Notes under the pieces: model-generated
The model's input: only the letters and a program-made list of their open reading frames with translations
The model's database searches: none
What the model was told of the DNA's origin: nothing
Translations under genes and position numbers: made by a program
Shown here: positions 18,848 to 26,235 of the stretch, one piece after another
How positions within the stretch are numbered: the stretch's first letter is position 1
How the letters are laid out: every line of letters begins with the position of its first letter
Source: a virus
Lineage: Duplodnaviria > Caudoviricetes
IMG/VR virus record: IMGVR_UViG_3300037424_000238
Coordinates: 1 to 42,572 of that record
Length of the DNA: 42,572 nucleotides
Reading direction: 5' to 3' (one strand)

Positions 18848-19924
18848 ATGAACACCGATATTCGAATCAGCGTTTCATTTCAAAGGCACCCCAAAGCCAT
18901 AAAGCTGAGGCGTAAGCTCGGCGCCGAAGGTCTTTTGAGTCTGGTAGAGTTGTGGTGTTGGTCGGCTCAATACCGATCTGGTGGCATTTTGGACGACATG
19001 AACGAGGAAGACATCGCCCTCGCTGCCCAGTGGGGTAACGACCCTTCAACGTTCGTTACAACGCTCGTTGAACTGCGTTGGCTGGACGTTGCAGAAAACG
19101 GCGTTTATTCCCTGCATGACTGGGTCGATCACAACGGTTATGCCTCGTCGGCGTCGGACAGGTCGGACAAATCGCGTCTTTCTCGAATGGCAAAAACACA
19201 CACATCCATCTATCGTGACCTCAAAGGACGGGGTGTCGAAGGCGTATCTGCTGAAGAATACAGGCGGTTAACGAACGTTCAACGAATCGTTAACGATTCG
19301 TTAACCGAACGTACAAGCCCATCTCCATCTCCATCTCCATCTCCATCTCCATCTCCATCTCCATCTCTAAAGAAAGAACACCCTTTGTCGGCCTGCGCCG
19401 ACGTTGCCCTCGAAATCATCCTCAAAGACGAATCTCTACATCCGATTACCGAAGCCGATATAGACGACTGGATCAAACTCTTCCCTCGAGTTGATGTAAT
19501 CGACACTCTGTCTAGAATCAAAAAACGGTGTCTGGCACACCCAGGAAGCCGCAGGAGCGACGAAAGCATTCGTCCCCATATCATGGGGTGCCTTGACATG
19601 ATGAACAAGCGTATAGAGGTTTTTGAGCGGTTATGGAAACGCTATCCAGCCAAGGATGGAAAGAAGGCGGCAGAGAAACATTTTCGGGCCACTGTCCACA
19701 CCGAGGATGATCTGGCCAACATCCACCAAGCGCTCGACAACTACCTCGACCTGCTGGCCCTCAATCCTGACCGGCAGCCGAAAAACGGCTCGACATGGTT
19801 CAACAACTGGCAGGACTGGGTTGATTATGACGTTGCCGCTCATAAGCCGAAAACCGAGCACGGCAAGACTATTTCTCAACACCACGGGGCCGCCTACAGG
19901 ATGATGGAGGACCTGAATGGATAA
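18848..19924 (+). CDS. Replication initiator (lambda O-like)
   Basis: Winged-helix-like N-terminus (HPK...YSLHDW), (SP)n linker, and C-terminal FERLWKRYPAKDGK...STWFN. Lies directly before DnaB. Confidence 0.75.
   Translation: MNTDIRISVSFQRHPKAIKLRRKLGAEGLLSLVELWCWSAQYRSGGILDDMNEEDIALAAQWGNDPSTFVTTLVELRWLDVAENGVYSLHDWVDHNGYASSASDRSDKSRLSRMAKTHTSIYRDLKGRGVEGVSAEEYRRLTNVQRIVNDSLTERTSPSPSPSPSPSPSPSPSLKKEHPLSACADVALEIILKDESLHPITEADIDDWIKLFPRVDVIDTLSRIKKRCLAHPGSRRSDESIRPHIMGCLDMMNKRIEVFERLWKRYPAKDGKKAAEKHFRATVHTEDDLANIHQALDNYLDLLALNPDRQPKNGSTWFNNWQDWVDYDVAAHKPKTEHGKTISQHHGAAYRMMEDLNG
19265..19312. promoter_or_regulatory. Candidate replication origin (iterons and palindrome) inside the initiator gene
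   Basis: Four GTTAACGA-like units, a perfect 22-bp palindrome AACGAATCGTTAACGATTCGTT (19281-19302), and outer inverted repeats CGGTTAACGAA/TTCGTTAACCG. Confidence 0.6.
19319..19366 (+). repeat. (CCATCT)8 tandem repeat encoding a Pro-Ser linker
   Basis: Eight exact copies. Confidence 0.95.
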
Positions 19925-21209
19925 CGAAAAGGGAGCGCTAGGTTGTTGCTTTCTCGAACCGGAGGCCGTCGACCTCGCTCTGTCGCTGATGTCGGCAAAA
20001 GATTTCGCCCTTCCACCTCACCGGGTCATTTTCGAGGAAATGGTGCAGATGGCCGAGAACCAGATGGAGATCAATCTGATCACCCTGACTACCGAACTGG
20101 AAAAAAAGGGAGTTCTTTGGAGTGTTGGAGGCTCGGCCTACCTGTCTGAACTGCTCGAATACACCCCGGCCTATACCGAGGGGGTTCTGCGCTACTATGT
20201 CGCCCAAATTATCGAGCAGTCCACGAAGCGCAAGCTCAGGAGTATCGCCGAGGCGATCAATCGCAACGTGGACACCATGAGCGCGGCGGAGTTGCGGGCC
20301 AAGGTCGAGGAGCATATTTTCAGATTGGACACCGGTAAAAAAGAAGGGCCGAAACACGTCAAGGACACGCTTAAAGATGTCTACAAGCAGATGGAATACA
20401 GTCACGCAAACAAGGGAGTTATCACTGGGTTGGAAACTGGGATTTTAAGACTCGATGCCGCGATGTGCGGGCTCAACAAATCGGATTTGACGATTATAGC
20501 CGGTCGCCCCGCCATGGGGAAATCGGCCCTGGCCGGGAACATCGTCGAACATGTGAGCGTCAAGAACGGAAAACAGAGCCTCATTTTTTCCTGCGAAATG
20601 TCGACGGAACAATGGGTCAAGCGGATACTCTACTCCCTCGCCCGGGTCGACGGGGCAAGAGCGCGGATCGGCAATTTCAATCAGGGGGATTGGCCGAAAC
20701 TGAGCAATGGAATGGGGCAACTGAGGGAGTCGGGCGTATGGATCGATGATACCCCGGGAATCAACATTTCCGAACTCAGAGCCAGGGCCAGGACGCTGCA
20801 CCGGAAGTCAGGACTCGAACTTGTCGTGGTAGACTACCTGCAGCTCCTCACGGGTAACGGAGACAGCAGGCAGCAGGAAATCGGCTCCATTTCCCGTGGA
20901 CTTAAGGGGATGGCGAAGGAACTGAACATCCCGGTCATTGCCCTGTCGCAGCTCAACAGGAAACTGGAAGAGAGGGTGAATAAGCGTCCGACCATGAGCG
21001 ACCTGAGAGAGTCAGGGGATATCGAACAGGATGCCGACAACATTCTTTTTCTCTACCGGGATTGTGTTTATAACCCGCAGGCACCCGAAGGAGAAGCTGA
21101 AATAATCATAGGCAAGCAGCGCAATGGACCAACGGGAACCGTCCCAGCAACCTGGATCGGAGGATTTTCCCGCTTTGAAAACAGAGAGGAACGCTACGAT
21201 GAGCGATAA
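19917..21209 (+). CDS. dnaB: Replicative DNA helicase
   Basis: AGRPAMGKS, VDYLQL, ALSQLNR, DLRESGDIEQDAD, KQRNGPTG. Confidence 0.96.
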   Translation: MDNEKGALGCCFLEPEAVDLALSLMSAKDFALPPHRVIFEEMVQMAENQMEINLITLTTELEKKGVLWSVGGSAYLSELLEYTPAYTEGVLRYYVAQIIEQSTKRKLRSIAEAINRNVDTMSAAELRAKVEEHIFRLDTGKKEGPKHVKDTLKDVYKQMEYSHANKGVITGLETGILRLDAAMCGLNKSDLTIIAGRPAMGKSALAGNIVEHVSVKNGKQSLIFSCEMSTEQWVKRILYSLARVDGARARIGNFNQGDWPKLSNGMGQLRESGVWIDDTPGINISELRARARTLHRKSGLELVVVDYLQLLTGNGDSRQQEIGSISRGLKGMAKELNIPVIALSQLNRKLEERVNKRPTMSDLRESGDIEQDADNILFLYRDCVYNPQAPEGEAEIIIGKQRNGPTGTVPATWIGGFSRFENREERYDER

Positions 21210-21516
21210 TGATTTTTTGACGCTACAAAGGGACTATGCCGAACTCGAACTGGCGACATTAAAAGGAGGATCGGGTAAATTTCAAACGAAAAACGGAGAA
21301 GAGGCCGTCCAGGGCGAAGACGGAGAATGGTATCAGCCAACGGTAAATCCCTTCGGCCACGGCTGTTGTGATTGCGGACTTTTTCATCAGGTGGAGATCG
21401 CCCTGATTGACGAGGAAAAGAATCAAATTCCATTCCCCGAGGGAACGGCGGTGGCTCTACGCTTCACCAGGGATGAAATCGAGACCAGGAGATTGAGGGA
21501 GCATCGTGGGAAATAA
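21199..21516 (+). CDS. Hypothetical protein with a CCDCGLxH motif; its stop codon forms the distal integron boundary
   Basis: GEWYQP...GCCDCGLFH; SD GAGG; overlaps the end of dnaB. Confidence 0.65.
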   Translation: MSDNDFLTLQRDYAELELATLKGGSGKFQTKNGEEAVQGEDGEWYQPTVNPFGHGCCDCGLFHQVEIALIDEEKNQIPFPEGTAVALRFTRDEIETRRLREHRGK

Positions 21517-21595
21517 CGGTTGAAGTAACCGGCGGCGTCGTGCCGCCACTATGGAGCACTCGTGGTGACCCGTCCGGTTCACTGATTGGTTCGTT
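21511..21595 (-). other. attC: attC site 1
   Basis: Minus strand reads AACGAAC-CAATC-AGTGAACC-GGACGG...CCGCC-GGTTACT-TCAACC-GTTATTT. Spacers are 5/6 nt and the extra bases lie on the R''-L'' arm. Confidence 0.88.
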
Positions 21596-21641
21596 TGCAC
21601 CAATACCCACGAGTTCGCGCTTTTACAAACTGGATGTGACC

Positions 21642-22469
21642 ATGAGAGTGCTAGACCTGTTCAGCGGGATCGGAGGTTTCAGTTTAGGGCTGGAACGGGC
21701 AGGAATGGAGACGGTGGCATTCTGCGAGATTGACCCGTTCTGCCGACAAGTGCTGCGGAAGCATTGGCCCAACGTGCCGATCTTCGAGGATGTGCGGGAA
21801 TTGGGAAGGGAGAATATAAGTGAATCAGTTGACCTTATATGTGGAGGATACCCGTGCCAGCCTTTTAGCAATGCCGGGCACCAGCGAGGCGCGGAAGATG
21901 ACCGTCATCTCTGGCCGCAAATGTACCGCATTATTGGAGATTTCAGGCCGCGATGGGTCATTGCCGAGAATGTTGCTGGGCACATCGGCTTGGGCCTCGA
22001 TGAGGTGCTTTCTGACCTGGAAGCCGCGAACTACACCTGGTGGGCGTTTGTTATTCCAGCTTGTGCCGTCGATGCCCCTCATAGACGAGATCGAGTCTGG
22101 ATTATTGCCCACGATAACGAGGACCGACGCGAACGGAAGAACGTACCAGTACAGCAGGGGGGACAAGGAAAAGCCAGTTTTGAGCCTGCTTGGCAAGGCT
22201 CGGCTGCTGCCGACCCCGAGGGCTTCGGACGGCATGAAGCACAAACTCCGGACCCACTTGCCAGAGGATCACAACTACCGGGGGCGGCTGGAGGATTTAG
22301 TGGCTGCTCTGGCGGAAGCACCTGGCTACCTGAACCCGCAATTCGTAGAGTGGTTGATGGGCTTTCCGGTTGGATGGAGCGCGCCATCGGAGCACTCGGA
22401 AACGCCGTAGTTTCACAGATACCGGAGCTGATCGGGCGGGCGATTATGGAAGTTGAGCGCGACCCCTGA
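21642..22469 (+). CDS. Cassette gene A: C5-cytosine DNA methyltransferase, alpha-like chain (motifs I-VIII and X)
   Basis: DLFSGIGG, GGYPCQPFS, ENV, HRRDRVW, LGNAVV. Confidence 0.9.
   Translation: MRVLDLFSGIGGFSLGLERAGMETVAFCEIDPFCRQVLRKHWPNVPIFEDVRELGRENISESVDLICGGYPCQPFSNAGHQRGAEDDRHLWPQMYRIIGDFRPRWVIAENVAGHIGLGLDEVLSDLEAANYTWWAFVIPACAVDAPHRRDRVWIIAHDNEDRRERKNVPVQQGGQGKASFEPAWQGSAAADPEGFGRHEAQTPDPLARGSQLPGAAGGFSGCSGGSTWLPEPAIRRVVDGLSGWMERAIGALGNAVVSQIPELIGRAIMEVERDP
21820..22410 (+). CDS. Nested alternative-frame ORF: beta-like chain carrying the motif IX region of the C5 MTase
   Basis: Lies wholly inside gene A in a different frame. LLPTPRASD...LNPQFVEWLMGFPVGW. SD-like GGGAG before GTG 21820. 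Confidence 0.65.
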   Translation: MNQLTLYVEDTRASLLAMPGTSEARKMTVISGRKCTALLEISGRDGSLPRMLLGTSAWASMRCFLTWKPRTTPGGRLLFQLVPSMPLIDEIESGLLPTITRTDANGRTYQYSRGDKEKPVLSLLGKARLLPTPRASDGMKHKLRTHLPEDHNYRGRLEDLVAALAEAPGYLNPQFVEWLMGFPVGWSAPSEHSETP

Positions 22470-22483
22470 GTGGGATTGGTGCA

Positions 22484-22587
22484 AACGAACGGATAGCAAT
22501 GAGCGGCTGCGCTCAGAGATTGGAGGACAAATGACGGATTCGAGAAGCACAGAGAGTGAACAGTCCAGCTCAATTGCGGGGTTATGC
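22484..22587 (-). other. attC: attC site 2
   Basis: + strand AACGAAC...CAATGAGCGGCTG pairs with CAGTCCAGCTCAATTG...GTTATGC, with the bulges on the right arm. Confidence 0.8.
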
Positions 22588-22767
22588 GCTGATCCGTCTG
22601 CCCCAATTGTAGTCTGTATTGAGTGTGGAAAGGATGTTTATACCTGTGAAAAGAGCGAGGCCGAAAATGGTGATTATCGATGTCCAGTACATCCCGCTGG
22701 GATACAGTTGATAGACGATAGTTGGGTTTGTTCAAACGATTGCTGGGAAAAAGTTGTTGACGCATAA
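22531..22767 (+). CDS. Cassette gene B: small Cys-rich protein that starts inside attC2
   Basis: SD GGAGG and ATG lie in the attC loop. CIEC...C..H...CSNDC. Stop TAA at the crossover. Confidence 0.6.
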   Translation: MTDSRSTESEQSSSIAGLCADPSAPIVVCIECGKDVYTCEKSEAENGDYRCPVHPAGIQLIDDSWVCSNDCWEKVVDA

Positions 22768-22850
22768 CGGCCACTGATAACCGGTGGCGGCGGACAGAAC
22801 GGGCCTTGACCACTGCCGCTTGCTCCATCCGGTTGATCAGATTGTTAGAT
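22762..22850 (-). other. attC: attC site 3
   Basis: Minus strand reads ATCTAAC-AATCT-GATCAACC-GGATGG...CCACC-GGTTATC-AGTGGCC-GTTATGC. Confidence 0.88.
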
Positions 22851-22896
22851 TTTAAACCAGCGCTGGCCGAAGGCCATTGCCTTAAAGGAGTAGAAC

Positions 22897-23517
22897 TTGA
22901 AAGTTTTAAATTTATATGCAGGCATTGGAGGAAACCGAAAGGACTGGACTGGGTGCGAGGTCACAGCGGTTGAATTTGACCCGCTGATCGCGGCAGTCTA
23001 TTCGGAGCGCTACCCTCAGGATACGGTGGTAGTGGGGGACGCGCTGGCATATCTGGAACAGCACTACGCTGAGTTTGATTTCATTTGGGCATCTCCGCCC
23101 TGCCCAAGTCACGGGCAATACCGGCACAATGTCGGGGTTATCGGTAAAGGATTTGCCCCCATTCTGCCGGATATGTCGCTGTATTCTGCAATCATCTTTT
23201 TGCAGACGTATTACAAGGGGAAATGGTGCGTTGAAAATGTGCGCCCGTATTACACCCCCCTTGTTGCGCCAGCGTTTGAGCTCCACCGGCATTTGTTCTG
23301 GGCGAATTTTACAGCAGGAAAGCGTGAATTTAAACCGGCAGAAATACGCACCAGAAATAAGATTTCGGACTTTGAAGGTTTTGCGGAAGTCGCGGCAAGC
23401 AAGATCGAGAATAAAAGGCAGGTTCTCCGCAACCAGGTAGACCCAGATCTAGGGAAACACATCTTCGACGCCGCAATGCTGGAGCGGTCAGAGGTCAGCA
23501 CCTTTGCGCCGGTTTAA
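22897..23517 (+). CDS. Cassette gene C: short C5-MTase-like protein
   Basis: SD AAGGAG with TTG start. LNLYAGIGG, WASPPC and VENV motifs. Confidence 0.8.
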   Translation: MKVLNLYAGIGGNRKDWTGCEVTAVEFDPLIAAVYSERYPQDTVVVGDALAYLEQHYAEFDFIWASPPCPSHGQYRHNVGVIGKGFAPILPDMSLYSAIIFLQTYYKGKWCVENVRPYYTPLVAPAFELHRHLFWANFTAGKREFKPAEIRTRNKISDFEGFAEVAASKIENKRQVLRNQVDPDLGKHIFDAAMLERSEVSTFAPV

Positions 23518-23518
23518 A

Positions 23519-23620
23519 ATCTAACGACCTGAATAAGCGGCGGCCCGCTGACGGTTGCGAACCGCTGAGGTAAACGAGAAGCAGCATGTGGCAACCGTCC
23601 GCTTTATTTTATGGTTAGAG
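23519..23620 (-). other. attC: attC site 4
   Basis: Minus strand reads CTCTAAC-CATAA-AATAAAGC-GGACGG...CCGCC-GCTTATT-CAGGTC-GTTAGAT. Confidence 0.88.
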
Positions 23621-23631
23621 GAGGTCCCGCA

Positions 23632-23817
23632 ATGTTTGAAATCTGGCTGAGAACCGTTTGTTTCCAAGCCCCGACGAAGGAAGCCTACGACTTGGCAAAA
23701 TGCGCGTGGGAAGAAGCTACAAAGGCCGAGCGCGAGGCTTGCGCCAGAACCTGCGAGGGCATCGGGAAGGAAATCGTTTGTCCCGAAGAGTGCGCCGAGG
23801 CGATCCGATCACGCTAA
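23632..23817 (+). CDS. Cassette gene D: hypothetical protein with an EREACA...CAEAIR phage motif
   Basis: SD GAGGAGG overlaps the attC core; stop at the crossover. Confidence 0.7.
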   Translation: MFEIWLRTVCFQAPTKEAYDLAKCAWEEATKAEREACARTCEGIGKEIVCPEECAEAIRSR

Positions 23818-23916
23818 CGCCCCGATCAGCGCACGGCGACGGGCCGGGCGAGGATCGACAAGATTTTAACGGGAAGCACTGCCGCCAATTCCGTTCGCTG
23901 AATTGGATGGTTATCT
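23812..23916 (-). other. attC: attC site 5
   Basis: CGCTAAC...GATCAGCGCACGG pairs with CCGTTCGCTGAATT...GTTATCT. Near-identical to attC7. Confidence 0.85.
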
Positions 23917-23933
23917 GTGGAGGTCGGAAAAGG

Positions 23934-24116
23934 ATGAACTACATCATTGCATTTGCCATATGCCTTATCGGAACCGTGCTGACCGCGCTGACCGGAAAAG
24001 ACACTTATTGGATGATGGTAAGTGATGGAAACGTAGCTTTGGCCCTGTTTATTGCTTGGTATCTTGACAAGGGCCGGGCAAAGGGAATCAACATAAATGT
24101 CAACGTGAGCAGATAA
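23934..24116 (+). CDS. Cassette gene E: small membrane protein with two hydrophobic segments
   Basis: SD GGAGG; YIIAFAICLIGTVLTAL and VALALFIAWYL; stop at the crossover. Confidence 0.65.
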   Translation: MNYIIAFAICLIGTVLTALTGKDTYWMMVSDGNVALALFIAWYLDKGRAKGININVNVSR

Positions 24117-24217
24117 CGGTTACCGATCAGCGCACGGCGACGGGCCGTGTGAGGATCAGCGAGATTTTAACGAGGAGCAGTCAAGCCAATTCCGTTCGCT
24201 GAATTGGATGGTTAGGA
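24111..24217 (-). other. attC: attC site 6
   Basis: Same family as attC5/7, with identical arms and a diverged loop. Confidence 0.85.
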
Positions 24218-24225
24218 GTTTACCG

Positions 24226-24462
24226 ATGGAAATTGAAGAGTTTGTTGACAAATTGCAGGAGTGGCATGGGGATAAGGTGGCCCAACTGCGCCAGATCACC
24301 GAAAATAGAGACGCCACCATCCAGCTCAGAGATATCACACTGGAACCCGGTAGTGATATAGCCGCTGCTTTCCGTGCGGGAGTGGCAGTCTCGCTGGAGA
24401 TTCTGGGTAAATTGCCTTTTAGTGCCTCGCATGACGACGATATTGAAGACGAGAACTCCTAA
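24226..24462 (+). CDS. Cassette gene F: hypothetical protein
   Basis: SD AGGAG lies within the attC core GTTAGGAG; stop at the crossover. Confidence 0.7.
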   Translation: MEIEEFVDKLQEWHGDKVAQLRQITENRDATIQLRDITLEPGSDIAAAFRAGVAVSLEILGKLPFSASHDDDIEDENS

Positions 24463-24561
24463 CGCCCCGATCAGCGCACGGCGACGGGCCGGGCGAGGAT
24501 CGACAAGATTTTAACGGGAAGCACAGCCGCCAATTCCGTTCGCTGAATTGGATGGTTAAAC
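24457..24561 (-). other. attC: attC site 7
   Basis: 24463-24554 matches 23818-23909 with one mismatch. Confidence 0.85.
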
Positions 24562-24581
24562 CCCTTATTTGGAGCAAGGAA

Positions 24582-24788
24582 ATGACACCCAAAGAAATTG
24601 AATCGGCTAGAAAAAAGGGGCGGCTTTGTTATCGACCCAAAATCAACGAGGTGGAAGGGCGGAAGTTTTTTAAGACCAGCGATGGCGTTGAATACGAGAT
24701 CAAGAACGGCACCGCCCAGGCAGTAATACCCAGGCAGAAGTTGTCAAAAAAAGACCGCAGGAAGATGAGACTGGCTATGGGGGTTTAA
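24582..24788 (+). CDS. Cassette gene G: small basic protein
   Basis: SD GGAG; K/R-rich; stop at the crossover. Confidence 0.65.
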   Translation: MTPKEIESARKKGRLCYRPKINEVEGRKFFKTSDGVEYEIKNGTAQAVIPRQKLSKKDRRKMRLAMGV

Positions 24789-24887
24789 CGATCAGAGATA
24801 AGGGGCTGGCGCAGAATGGCTGCGTATTGCTGACCTTATCGAGAACCGCCCATGTTTAACCAGTCCCTCTTAATTGACGGGTTAGGG
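24783..24887 (-). other. attC: attC site 8
   Basis: GTTTAAC...ATAAGGGGCTGG pairs with CCAGTCCCTCTTAAT...GTTAGGG. Confidence 0.78.
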
Positions 24888-24913
24888 CGCATTTTCAGGG
24901 AGGTACAAACATT

Positions 24914-25213
24914 ATGGAAAAGTCGCTTGGCAACACCGATGTAAACGGCGCAAGAAAGAATATTAGGGACATCGTAGTTTTTGGCAACGGAGATATGTTT
25001 AAGTTGCTTTCCAAGGCATCCAACCAGGAAGAGGGATGGATGAAAAGTACGAAGGCGATGGAAGTTGTCGGCGGATGTGTTGTCCAGGTCACGACCCATC
25101 AACGTAATCATGATGGCACAAACTCCGTGGCTGAAGCCCTGACCTATGTTCCCGGTGTAAAAATTGCCGACGATGCTGAGTTCCGTGGACGTAGGCTGGT
25201 TCCAATCTGTTGA
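24914..25213 (+). CDS. Cassette gene H: hypothetical phage protein
   Basis: SD GGGAGG; KASNQEEGWMKSTKAMEV..GCVVQVTT. Confidence 0.75.
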   Translation: MEKSLGNTDVNGARKNIRDIVVFGNGDMFKLLSKASNQEEGWMKSTKAMEVVGGCVVQVTTHQRNHDGTNSVAEALTYVPGVKIADDAEFRGRRLVPIC

Positions 25214-25221
25214 ACAATGGT

Positions 25222-25249
25222 GGCGCAGGGTCAATGCTGACCCTGCGCC
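25222..25249. other. Perfect 12-bp hairpin abutting and overlapping the attC9 core
   Basis: GGCGCAGGGTCA-ATGC-TGACCCTGCGCC. Confidence 0.8.
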
Positions 25250-25334
25250 CTAACGGTTACTGATAACCGGTGGCGACGGATGGAACGGCTTGATCACTGC
25301 TGATTATTCCATCCGGTTGATTAGATTGTTATGA
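25248..25334 (-). other. attC: attC site 9 (attI-proximal)
   Basis: CCCTAAC-GGTTAC-TGATAACCGGTGG...CCATCCGGTTGATTA-GATT-GTTATGA. Same family as attC3. Confidence 0.88.
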
Positions 25335-25358
25335 GGCCCCTATTTCCGAGGCAGCGGC

Positions 25359-26180
25359 ATGAAACGAATTATCAGGGTTTTCCCAAGACGCACCGCCGCC
25401 ACGCCAGATGATGAACTGGTGAGAGTCGCAGCCGGACCGGGCCTTTTTGACGAGGCCGACGAGGTGCATGTGTCGGTGACGTTTTCGTGGGACCTCCCCC
25501 TGGCCGAGAAGTTGGCGAAAGATTGGGCGCCGGTTGCCCCGGTGCGGATCGGCGGACCGGCCACGGGCGAAGCAGGGGGCGAGTTTATCCCTGGCATGTA
25601 CGTCAAGCGCGGATACGCTCTGACATCGAGGGGTTGCCCGAACATCTGCTGGTTTTGTTCTGTGCCAAAAAGGGAAGGCCCGTTACGGGAACTGACCATC
25701 ACCGACGGATACAACCTGTTGGACGACAACCTGCTTGCCTGCTCTGATGACCATATAATGCGGGTGTTTGCGATGCTGGCCGCAGGGAAAAAGCAGTACC
25801 GCAAACCGGTGGAGTTCACCGGGGGTCTCGAAGCGAAGCGCCTGCAATCGTGGCACGTCGAAGCCCTGCGGGAGTTAAGGCCGAAGCAGATGTTTTTTGC
25901 GTATGACACGCCCGACGATCTGGAGCCGCTGCAACGGGCAGGCCGGATGCTTCTTGATGCTGGATGGACAACCGCCAGCCACACCCTGAGAGCATACGTG
26001 CTGTGCGGATACCCGAAAGACAGCTTCGACGCCGCTGAACGGCGGATGAGAGAAACGCAGGAGGCAGGATTTATGCCGATGGCGATGCTGTATCGAGACA
26101 AAAGCGGGAAGAGAACAACAGAATGGATGAGGTGGCAGAAGCAATGGGCGCGTCCGGTACTCATTGCCAGGGCCTCATAA
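25359..26180 (+). CDS. Cassette gene I: radical-SAM-like protein
   Basis: TSRGCPNICWFC (CxxxCxxC), LLDDNLLA, FAYD, YVLCGY. SD GAGG; stop at the crossover. Confidence 0.8.
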   Translation: MKRIIRVFPRRTAATPDDELVRVAAGPGLFDEADEVHVSVTFSWDLPLAEKLAKDWAPVAPVRIGGPATGEAGGEFIPGMYVKRGYALTSRGCPNICWFCSVPKREGPLRELTITDGYNLLDDNLLACSDDHIMRVFAMLAAGKKQYRKPVEFTGGLEAKRLQSWHVEALRELRPKQMFFAYDTPDDLEPLQRAGRMLLDAGWTTASHTLRAYVLCGYPKDSFDAAERRMRETQEAGFMPMAMLYRDKSGKRTTEWMRWQKQWARPVLIARAS

Positions 26181-26230
26181 CCATAATTACCCCGCCGACC
26201 CAGCGGCATAGCACACACCGAAAGGAGGAC
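26175..26230 (-). other. Putative attI site
   Basis: Minus strand ...GGGTAATTATG-GTTATGA is a single GTT core with no attC hairpin, immediately next to the intI start. Confidence 0.6.
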
Positions 26231-26235
26231 AACCC

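Noticed and set aside
21199-21516. CCDC gene as a tenth cassette
   Set aside because: It overlaps the dnaB stop and has no upstream attC or complementary GTT core. It is better read as the resident flank.
23658-24116. 152-aa ORF spanning attC5
   Set aside because: It is a chance read-through of cassette D's alternative frame and the attC. The SD-supported start is at 23934.
23812-24561. Three similar ~100-nt repeats as a CRISPR array or ncRNA family
   Set aside because: The repeats are too long, the 'spacers' are whole genes, there are no cas genes, and the structure fits attC.
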